From: Thermoproteus tenax Kra 1 | Lineage (GTDB): Archaea > Thermoproteota > Thermoprotei > Thermoproteales > Thermoproteaceae | Length of the DNA stretch: 32,000 bases | Direction: 5' to 3' | Assembly: GCF_000253055.1 (NCBI RefSeq) | Contig: NC_016070.1 | Coordinates: 1 to 32,000, forward strand | Shown here: one piece after another, positions 16,791 through 23,937 of the stretch | Numbering within the stretch: position 1 is the first letter of the stretch | Layout: each line of letters starts with the position of its first letter | The notes under the pieces: generated by a model | What the model saw: only the letters and a program-made list of their open reading frames with translations | Database searches by the model: none | What the model was told of the DNA's origin: nothing | Made by a program: the position numbers and the translations under genes

Positions 16791-17726
16791 TCATGACCAT
16801 ATCGAGGCGTAGAAAGGTATCTCCCTCAATAGAACTCGCTTGACTTTAAGGCCGGCTGCGCTCAGTATATTTTCTACCTCGTTCCTAGAGAAGACATGGT
16901 AGGCGCCCAGCGCTGTGTTTATAGCAAGAAAGCCGGGCATAGTCTCGACGACGGGTTGTCCGACGTAGAATAAGGCCGAGGGCGATGCCTTCTTGAGGCA
17001 CATAAGCTCTCCAACCGGATTGGGGAACCAATGTATCTTATTAAAGAGGAGGACCGAATCTATGGGAAGGTCTCTGAGCTTATCCGCAATATCGCATACT
17101 GAGTGGGCTATGAATATACAAACGCCCTCCGCTCTACACGCGTTCACGACAACGCCCTGTAGAATTGAGACGAGAGGCTCCAGACGCCCTCTGTCTGTCT
17201 CCGTCCCTACATACAGATTTGGCTTGTAGCGGGCGACTATATCCACGGCGTTGTACCCGCCTAGAGTTCTCGGCTCCAATAGGCCTCTTGGCGCAAAGCC
17301 CGAGGCCTCTAGGAATCCGTCGCGCCACAGCTTGTACCACCCCTGTGACTGCATCGAATCGAGGAGCAACTCCAAGGCCTCGCCAGCCGTTCCCTCCAAC
17401 ACCTTGGGAAAAATTGCGTCAAACGCCTCGTGAAGGTTGAGCCACTCTTGGGCATAGGAGCCTCTGGGTCTCTCAGGCGCGTTTATCCTCTTTATGATAT
17501 CTCCCCTCTCGTTTATGTAGCCATGGTGCAACAACGACCTATATAGAGCCTTGGCTACGATAGACTCAGTCCTGCCGGAGGCCCTGGCCTCCGACCACCA
17601 CTTGACTGCATACCATACGCTCCACTTAAGCGCCCTCGTCATGTCCGATATACCTCCGGCCCCGGCGAGATATCCTCTGAACTTCCTCATCATAGATATT
17701 GCGTCAATGAGATTGATCATAGACAT
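16791..17726 (-). CDS. hypothetical protein, O-methyltransferase-like architecture with degenerate SAM loop
   Basis: 311 aa ORF. It has an N-terminal wHTH-like segment (LYRSLLHHGYINERGD), a Rossmann-like core (GGYNAVDIVARYKPNLYVGTETD; VLLFNKIHWFPNP; FYVGQPV) and a C-terminal SRNEVENILSAAGLKV. The canonical DxGxGxG loop is not evident. Confidence 0.45.
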   Translation of the reverse strand: MSMINLIDAISMMRKFRGYLAGAGGISDMTRALKWSVWYAVKWWSEARASGRTESIVAKALYRSLLHHGYINERGDIIKRINAPERPRGSYAQEWLNLHEAFDAIFPKVLEGTAGEALELLLDSMQSQGWYKLWRDGFLEASGFAPRGLLEPRTLGGYNAVDIVARYKPNLYVGTETDRGRLEPLVSILQGVVVNACRAEGVCIFIAHSVCDIADKLRDLPIDSVLLFNKIHWFPNPVGELMCLKKASPSALFYVGQPVVETMPGFLAINTALGAYHVFSRNEVENILSAAGLKVKRVLLREIPFYASIWS

Positions 17727-17911
17727 TTCAAAATGCCGAGTCTCTCTAGCTTAGATAGAAGCAGCTTTGTAGTTTGATCTATACACGGACACCCAAGCGC
17801 CTCCAATACCCTCTCTTGCACGTCGGCTGGCAAGGAGGCGAATTTGTCGAAATCCACTATTTCGCAGTTTGAGAACTCCTTGACGGCGGAGGATTTCTCT
17901 AGGGCTTTCAT
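17717..17911 (-). CDS. small hypothetical protein (64 aa)
   Basis: The ORF overlaps the downstream gene start by 10 nt, an operon-like arrangement. An AT-rich TATA-like sequence lies about 25 nt upstream. No family recognised. Confidence 0.4.
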   Translation of the reverse strand: MKALEKSSAVKEFSNCEIVDFDKFASLPADVQERVLEALGCPCIDQTTKLLLSKLERLGILKCL

Positions 17912-18087
17912 CGAGCTTTGCTGAGAACGAAGCGATATGCATTATTACATTTTATTGTGGAATATAGATGGAGGATCAGAGTGCTTTAGGCCCTTCTGAG
18001 TAGACGTTACAGCAGAAAGCCTCGCCCTTTAGGGCGGGGGGGCCATAGTGTTAAATACCATTATATAGATGGGCGGCGCTAGAGACA

Positions 18088-20286
18088 ATGAAGCGAGCTC
18101 TCGCGCTTGCGATGTTGCTCGCCGCCTTTATCGCCGCTCAGCCGCTCCAGGCGCCGACTCAGGGCTATTACTATAACGTCACTGTGGCTCATGCGCCGGC
18201 CTACATAGTCTTCGTCAGCAATCAGCTCTTGAACTATTCAGTCTGGTGGATGACCTACAGCAACTGCCAGAGACTCCTCAGCACGGGCTTTGCGCCCTCG
18301 TTGGGTATCTACACAATACCGAGACTGGGCTTGTTGCCACTCGTGATAAATCAGCCGGGGCAATACTGCTACGTGCTTGAGGTGCCTTGCAGATATGAGG
18401 CAGAGGCGCACCCGGTGACGATATTGCTCTCGGAGCACTACTACGGTCTCCCCACCGGCATCGTCTCCTATCCCCAGAGCCCAGTAGAGACCAACGCAGT
18501 TGCCGGATTCTTCAACATAACGGATATATCGGCCGCCAGCTATGCAACGCTTCAGCTCAGCGTTATAGTTCAAGCGGATCTAGTCGGAGGGGGCGTACAA
18601 TACTACTGGGCGCGTGAGATGTTGGTCTTCTCGCCCAACGGACAGCTCAAGTTTGAGAACTACGTGGCTAACTCCTCATCGCCCGGCAGCTCGATGCAGA
18701 GCGTCTCGGGCCGGGGACATCTGTCGCTCTCCCGCTACCTCTACTCCTCGGAGTGGAGCCCCTACTCTCTGCCGATCTCAGGCTTCCTCCTCATAACAGC
18801 CGAGGCGGCCAAGGGGGTCGTCCTCATAAGCTTTGGCTACGTCCTTATCCAAAACGGCAGCCTGGAGCCCGTCCGCATCGTTTGGATAGACAACGTAACT
18901 ATAAGGACCTCACAGCCAGCTTCCTCCGCCTCTATAGCGGCCACTATAACGTACTCATCCAGCGGGTTTAACGCGTTAGATGCCGAGTTGGTCTTCGGAG
19001 GATACAATGGCTCAGTTGTTTCATTTAAGTCGGTCAGCGCCGAGTTGGGCCTCTTTTATTGGGACGGAGCAGGTTGGACTGCGTTTCCCAACCTCTATAA
19101 TTTCGGCGTAAACGTGCCCGAGGCCGCATCAAACTTAGCTGTTCAATACTATGGCGGCCTTGCCCATGTGGGCGTGGGCGCCCTCAGCCCGAGCAGTCTG
19201 ACTACGTCGCCAACTACGCCGCCCCTGCCGACCACCTCTGTAGAGTACATCAACGCCACATCGGGATCTACGCACATCAGTTACATAATGGGGGATGGGT
19301 GGTTCCTCAATCGGATGGTCGTGTTTTACCCAGTCTCTATAACAAGCCCCATACCCATCTACGTCAACGGCACCGAGACTACGTCGTACTCGGCCTATCT
19401 CCCCGCCGGCGCGGCCCTAGTGATCCAGGACGGCTACGCGCGCTACTCCAACGGCACTATGTTCGTCCCCTCTGTCGGCAACGAGACGATAGTGGTGGAG
19501 GGCGCTCTGAACATCGCCGTCAGCTGGACGCCGTACTACCTAGTGGAGGTCTACAGCCCTCTGCCGGTCTTTGTGAACGGGACCGCCGCCACGAGGTACG
19601 CGCAGTACGTGAGGGCGGGCTCGGCGCTGGCCTTGGGCGCGCCCCAGCGCGTTGTGTTCGACAACGGCACTATGTTTGTGCCGGCTGTGGGCAACGAGAC
19701 GGTGGTGGTCTCCGCGCCGGCGAGGCTGGCCGTGTCTTGGACCCCCTACTACCTAGTGAGAGTGAGCTCTCCGATCCCAGTTGAAGTAAATGGCACTGAA
19801 AGCGAGAACTACACTGAGTGGGTGAAGGCCGCCAGCTTGCTCGTGGTTACGGCCAGGGCATTTATCCTCGACAACGGCACTATGTTTACTCCGGGCTTCA
19901 ACGGCACTCTGAGAGTAATGAGTCCGCTGAACTTAAGCATTGTATGGACGCCGTGGTATAAAGTGGACGTGCACAGCGAGTACCCCATCGAGGTTGACGG
20001 CGCCAGTGTCCTTAACTTCAGCCGCTATCTACGCGCCGGCTCTGTGGTGACAATATCGGCGAGGCCAGTGCCCCTCTATGGAGGCCTCGTATGGCTCGAC
20101 CCAAACGTCACCTCTCTCAGTACTTCAGTCCGACGACCTCTCCAGATAAATGTGGGCTACACGCCCGATTACACTGTAGCCATCTCAGTGGTAGTCTTAG
20201 TCCTATCTGCTGCCCTGTCGGCCGGGCTAGGAGTGTATTACGTCAAGAGGCGCTCACAACGTCTTTATCTCGAAGGGGGGCTCTGA
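18088..20286 (+). CDS. thermopsin-family (peptidase A5-like) surface glycoprotein with four tandem repeats and a C-terminal anchor
   Basis: 732 aa ORF with a signal-like N-terminus. ATLQLSVIVQ...QYYWAREMLVF and LDAELVFGGYNGSVVSFKSVSAELGLFYWDG...NLYNFGVNVPEAASN parallel Sulfolobus thermopsin (ATLQFNIVL...YAYWLQDV; YDAELVWGGGGNGAPTSFNSLNCTLGLYY...LYTFGADTAEAA). It has many N-x-S/T sequons. The C-terminal TM helix ISVVVLVLSAALSAGLGVYYV is followed by KRR. A TATA-like TTATATAGA lies about 25 nt upstream. Confidence 0.75.
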   Translation: MKRALALAMLLAAFIAAQPLQAPTQGYYYNVTVAHAPAYIVFVSNQLLNYSVWWMTYSNCQRLLSTGFAPSLGIYTIPRLGLLPLVINQPGQYCYVLEVPCRYEAEAHPVTILLSEHYYGLPTGIVSYPQSPVETNAVAGFFNITDISAASYATLQLSVIVQADLVGGGVQYYWAREMLVFSPNGQLKFENYVANSSSPGSSMQSVSGRGHLSLSRYLYSSEWSPYSLPISGFLLITAEAAKGVVLISFGYVLIQNGSLEPVRIVWIDNVTIRTSQPASSASIAATITYSSSGFNALDAELVFGGYNGSVVSFKSVSAELGLFYWDGAGWTAFPNLYNFGVNVPEAASNLAVQYYGGLAHVGVGALSPSSLTTSPTTPPLPTTSVEYINATSGSTHISYIMGDGWFLNRMVVFYPVSITSPIPIYVNGTETTSYSAYLPAGAALVIQDGYARYSNGTMFVPSVGNETIVVEGALNIAVSWTPYYLVEVYSPLPVFVNGTAATRYAQYVRAGSALALGAPQRVVFDNGTMFVPAVGNETVVVSAPARLAVSWTPYYLVRVSSPIPVEVNGTESENYTEWVKAASLLVVTARAFILDNGTMFTPGFNGTLRVMSPLNLSIVWTPWYKVDVHSEYPIEVDGASVLNFSRYLRAGSVVTISARPVPLYGGLVWLDPNVTSLSTSVRRPLQINVGYTPDYTVAISVVVLVLSAALSAGLGVYYVKRRSQRLYLEGGL
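19327..20172 (+). repeat. four in-frame tandem repeats of 69-71 codons inside the thermopsin-like gene
   Basis: Repeat units start at 19327, 19537, 19750 and 19957. Each reads Y(L/K)V.V.SP.P..VNGT....Y..Y..AG......(about 8)...DNGTMF.P..GNET..V.....L.VSWTP(Y/W). The fourth unit is the most diverged. Confidence 0.8.
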
Positions 20287-20583
20287 GCCATTGAAAACCC
20301 TCCTTAATACCTCCATCACCGCATCGTCGGCCAGCTCGGGCTCCACGAGCCTTACATGCGCTAGGTCTATCCCGGCCCGCTCCAGTATGGAGATTACCTC
20401 GGCCGAAATGGTGCCCATGGGGTCTACGCAACCGTCGGCATGTCTCAGCGCAGTTCTTACGGCTCTTGCTACGGCCTCGACCAGCGACCGCGCCGTTAGA
20501 ATGCCTCTATACCTCTCAACATAATCGGCGAGACTCATTAGCGCCCGGCGCCCCTCTGTGTCAATGCAAAATATGTCGACCAT
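20254..20583 (-). CDS. hypothetical protein
   Basis: Lies in ORF 20254-20655. ATG at 20583 (MVDIFCIDTEGRR...) is preferred because the TATA-like CCTTTTTAAGCG lies at 20606-20617. No family recognised. The 3' end overlaps the convergent thermopsin-like gene by 33 nt. Confidence 0.45.
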   Translation of the reverse strand: MVDIFCIDTEGRRALMSLADYVERYRGILTARSLVEAVARAVRTALRHADGCVDPMGTISAEVISILERAGIDLAHVRLVEPELADDAVMEVLRRVFNGSEPPFEIKTL

Positions 20584-20656
20584 AATATCATAAACCGAGC
20601 TACGCTTAAAAAGGTTTAATGGAACTTCCCTTAAATACTCCTTGCCCGGGCCCATT

Positions 20657-21334
20657 ATGCCCGAGTTCAGAATCTTGGGGAGCGATATTCAGCACCTCTT
20701 AGTGACGTTAGGCCCTGGCGAGAGGATCTACGCTGAAGGGGGCCATTTGATATGGAAGAGCTCTACGGCGAGGCTCAATGCGACCGTCAGAGGAGGTCTC
20801 TTGGCGGGCCTCAAGAGGGCGTTGACGGGCGCCTCCTTCTTTGTGTTAGAGGTAGAGGGCCCCGGCCAAGTGGATCTCGCCGGTTTTGCCCCAGGAAAAA
20901 TAGTGGAAATAGAGCTCCACGGGAGCTCTATTCTAGCTGAGCACAGAAGCTTTCTGGCCGCTGAGGACATCGTGGAGTACGACGCCAGCTTGGTCGGCTT
21001 GGGCTTCGGCTGGTTGGGAGGAGAGGGGTTGTTGATGGCCCGCTTTAGAGGCAACGGGAGAGTCTTCCTCCACGCGGTGGGCGATGCGCTGGAGCTTAGA
21101 CTGGGCTCCGGCGAGGCAATAGATGCCGAGGCCGGCCACGTATTAGCCTTTGAGGAGGGCGTGAGGGCGACTGTGAGGAGGGTCGGAGGACTCAAGACCA
21201 TGTTGTTCGGCGAGGAGGGGCTCTGGTTCGCGCATCTGGAGGGCCCAGGCAGAGTGTGGCTCAGAACTCTGAGCAGAGGGCAGATCTTGATGGGGCTGAT
21301 GCCCGAGCTCGCGCGGCTGGCGAGGTCTGTGTAG
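20657..21334 (+). CDS. AIM24/DUF124 (TIGR00266-like) family protein
   Basis: MPEFRILGSDIQHLLVTLGPGERIYAEGGHLIW...FFVLEVEGPGQVDLA...GEGLLMARFRGNGRVFLHAVGD...GLWFAHLEGPGRVWLRTLS is the characteristic repeated beta-sandwich pattern of this family. ATG at 20657 is preferred over TTG at 20642. Confidence 0.7.
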   Translation: MPEFRILGSDIQHLLVTLGPGERIYAEGGHLIWKSSTARLNATVRGGLLAGLKRALTGASFFVLEVEGPGQVDLAGFAPGKIVEIELHGSSILAEHRSFLAAEDIVEYDASLVGLGFGWLGGEGLLMARFRGNGRVFLHAVGDALELRLGSGEAIDAEAGHVLAFEEGVRATVRRVGGLKTMLFGEEGLWFAHLEGPGRVWLRTLSRGQILMGLMPELARLARSV

Positions 21335-21639
21335 CCCCCAGCCTGGCTTTAGCATCCTGTCTGTCCCTAGACGTCCACCGCTGATTGCAGCCGGCCGCTC
21401 GCGCCCAGGCGCTTCCTCCTCGCCCGCGCCTTCTCCGACAGCCCGGCTGTCTCCGGCGCGGGGCCATCGGGCATGGGGGCAACGGCCCTTTTCCAGAGGC
21501 AGGCCCGATCGGGCCGCTCGTGGGACGCCGCCCCTCGCCGCTGTAGATACACGCGTTTAAGCCCTCCGCCTGCGCCAGAACAGAATTTTCTCAACGATCA
21601 GTATGAAATAGCCCAACTTGCAGAGCGCCGTGCCTCAGC

Positions 21640-22446
21640 CTATTTTCGGCCAGAGAGCTTGCTCCTAAACCAACGATCAACGTAGATCTTCGTCAGTGGA
21701 TACAGAGGCCTCGCAAGCGCCCCAAAGAGCTTGTAGGCGAGGCCGGTCACTATATCGCCGTTAAATTCTGGGTCGTCTATCGCTCTAGCTATGTCTTTCG
21801 CCACGGCGCGTGGATCTAGTACGGGCCCCCGCGGCCCCTCCCTCTGCTTCGCCGCGCTCGGAGCCACGATGGTATTCTTGTGGAAGTTCGTCTGTACATA
21901 GCCCGGGTATACGCCTATCACTCTGACTCCGATTGGCTTAAGCTCGATCCTTAGCGCGTCGGTGAAATTGGCCAGAGCTGCCTTTGTAGACGTATAGATG
22001 CCGAACCACGGGATCGGGGTGTGGGCAGCCAGACTGACAACGTTTACGATGCACCCGCGTGCTTCCACGAGCTTTGGGAGCAGCTTCTTAGTGAGCAGTA
22101 TAGGCGCTACAAAGTTAAGGGTTATAATCGACACGACGTCTCGATCTTGTAGCTCTTGGAGCGGGCCATACAAGCCTGCGCCCGCATTGTTCACGAGCGC
22201 ATAGACGCGCGGGGTCGTCCTCTCGACGTCGCGCGCCAGGGCGTCCACCTCCTCGAGTTGCGAGAGGTCTCTCGCGAAGTATCTCACCTCGATATTATAT
22301 TTGGAGGAGAGCTCGCTAGACAGCTCCCCTAGGGCATCGGCTCTTCTGGCCACCAGTATGAGGTCGTACGATTTAGCCGCAAGCTCCTCCGCCAGAGCCC
22401 TCCCTATGCCTGATGAGGCGCCTGTTATGAGGGCGGTCTTGTTCAT
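21640..22446 (-). CDS. short-chain dehydrogenase/reductase (SDR)
   Basis: MNKTALITGASSGIGRALA carries TGxxxGxG, followed by NNAG and YxxxK (YTSTKAAL). 268 aa. Confidence 0.85.
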   Translation of the reverse strand: MNKTALITGASSGIGRALAEELAAKSYDLILVARRADALGELSSELSSKYNIEVRYFARDLSQLEEVDALARDVERTTPRVYALVNNAGAGLYGPLQELQDRDVVSIITLNFVAPILLTKKLLPKLVEARGCIVNVVSLAAHTPIPWFGIYTSTKAALANFTDALRIELKPIGVRVIGVYPGYVQTNFHKNTIVAPSAAKQREGPRGPVLDPRAVAKDIARAIDDPEFNGDIVTGLAYKLFGALARPLYPLTKIYVDRWFRSKLSGRK

Positions 22447-23083
22447 GCGCCCCCTTTCAAAGAGCGGTGCCCTGGCCCTCCCCCGGGGGCAAGGTTTGGC
22501 CCGCCTCCGCCGGACGCCGCGAGGGCGGGGCGGAGGGGGCCCGCCGTGCCCCGGCGCACGGGCGCGGCTGATCGGCCGTGCCCCCAGGGCCGGGGAATTT
22601 GGCTCATGGGAGAAGAAAACTGAGAGGTTAAAAGTGTGATAGTCGCCGGGACGGAGGAAAAAACGGGTTAGCGACAGGAACTCATACTTGGAAGCCGCCC
22701 TCGCGGCCTGACGACGATAGTGTAGAGAATCTGCATCGGCGCGGTGCCCCTCCTGCGGCTTTGCGGCGGACAGAGGCGACGTGCCCGCGGCATGGGCCGA
22801 AAGGCGCTACTGGGAGGTCCTCCAGAGGGCGAGACAATAGTTTTTTCTCAACGGCGGCCGTTACACTTAAGCTCGTAAATTCATTTGGGAATCCAATCCC
22901 CAATCTTGGGGACGTGGTCGTCTTGCGACAAACGATTGTGCCCCATACGCACGGGCACGGCCGGCCCCCTTGCCCTGGGGTTGCCCCGTGCGACTCCGGG
23001 GCGGGCCCGGAGTCTCCGGTGAGGACCGGGCATCGCCAACGGGTTGCGCGACAGACCAAATATAAAAACGGTTAATATGGAAC

Positions 23084-23917
23084 GTGGCGCCTAGGGAGCT
23101 CAAGGGCTATCTCGCCATGATCGGCGTGTTAGTGGCGTGGGGATCTTCTTACTCTATAAGCAAGATCGCCCTAGCCTTTATGTCCCCTCTGGTCCTCTCT
23201 CTATTTCGCTTCTTGACTGGGGCGGTCTTCTTCTCAGCGGCTGGGAAAGGGCTTCTCTGGAGCCGAGACGCCGTAATAAACGCCTTGCTCAACGGCGCTT
23301 TATTCGTAGTCTTGATAAACATAGCCATTGAGCTGAGCAAGAACCCAGCCTTTGTCTCAATCTTAGTCTACACCCAGCCTATATTTGTAATACTGCTCTC
23401 GGCCGTCGTGTATAGGGAGCCGCTCAAGCCCCTCCAGATAGTGGGCGCGGCCCTCGCCTTCTCCGGCTTGCTAATCGCCGTAGGCGCATCGTCCTTCGAC
23501 TTGGGCGATGCGGTAGCCATCTTGGGGGCGTTTATATGGGCGTTGGGCACTCACTTTTACCGAAGACGTCTACTTAGAGCGGACCTCTTGAGGCTCAACG
23601 CGACCATGGGGCTTGTCTCCGCAGCCGTAATCTCGCCGGTAGTTGTCGTTGATCTGCACATAGAGCCGTCGCTTCAAGCTCTGGCGTGGGGCATCGGGGC
23701 ATCCCTTATCTCGCAAATAGTCGGCTTTCTATTGTGGTTCGTAGGGGTCAGAGAGCTGGGGCCTGTCAAGGCCAGCTCTATCTCTATACTTGTACCGGTC
23801 TCTGCGTTTCTCTTCGCGTTTCTATTACTAGGCGAGATTCCAACTTGGTCGGAGATGGCCGGCTCTGCGGTGGCCCTCCTAGGCGTTATGTTGGCGCAAC
23901 TGGCATCAATGATATAA
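23084..23917 (+). CDS. EamA/DMT-superfamily transporter
   Basis: 277 aa ORF, GTG start, about 25 nt downstream of AATATAAAAAC. It has ten hydrophobic helices in two EamA-like halves. Confidence 0.7.
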   Translation: MAPRELKGYLAMIGVLVAWGSSYSISKIALAFMSPLVLSLFRFLTGAVFFSAAGKGLLWSRDAVINALLNGALFVVLINIAIELSKNPAFVSILVYTQPIFVILLSAVVYREPLKPLQIVGAALAFSGLLIAVGASSFDLGDAVAILGAFIWALGTHFYRRRLLRADLLRLNATMGLVSAAVISPVVVVDLHIEPSLQALAWGIGASLISQIVGFLLWFVGVRELGPVKASSISILVPVSAFLFAFLLLGEIPTWSEMAGSAVALLGVMLAQLASMI

Positions 23918-23937
23918 ATTCAACGCAACGCTGGCTT

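Noticed and set aside
16066-17911. An integrated element using the tRNA-Met gene as an attachment site.
   Set aside because: There is no integrase or split integrase gene. I saw no second copy of the tRNA 3' half (GGTTCAAATCCCGG...) elsewhere in the window, and there is no compositional break in the flanking genes.
18021-18038. The stable hairpin CUCGCCC-UUUA-GGGCGGG in the divergent promoter region between 17911 and 18088.
   Set aside because: It is a single 7-bp hairpin with no flanking boxes, T-tract or repeats. That is too little to call a terminator or an RNA gene.
21261-23103. ORFs of 60-125 aa inside the GC-rich spacers (21261-21482, 21367-21594, 22301-22639, 22682-23059, 22761-23075, 22867-23103; similarly 10531-10788, 10617-10799 and 10761-10961).
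   Set aside because: Their products are Arg/Pro/Gly/Ala-rich low-complexity strings. They overlap each other on both strands and have no TATA-to-start spacing. Long stop-free stretches are expected by chance at 75-90% G+C.
23686-23937. The N-terminal 84 codons of ORF 23686-25143, considered as part of the MFS transporter.
   Set aside because: This segment overlaps the EamA gene and encodes a non-membrane Arg/Cys/Gly-rich sequence. A GTG at 23938, right after the EamA stop, gives a normal MFS N-terminus.
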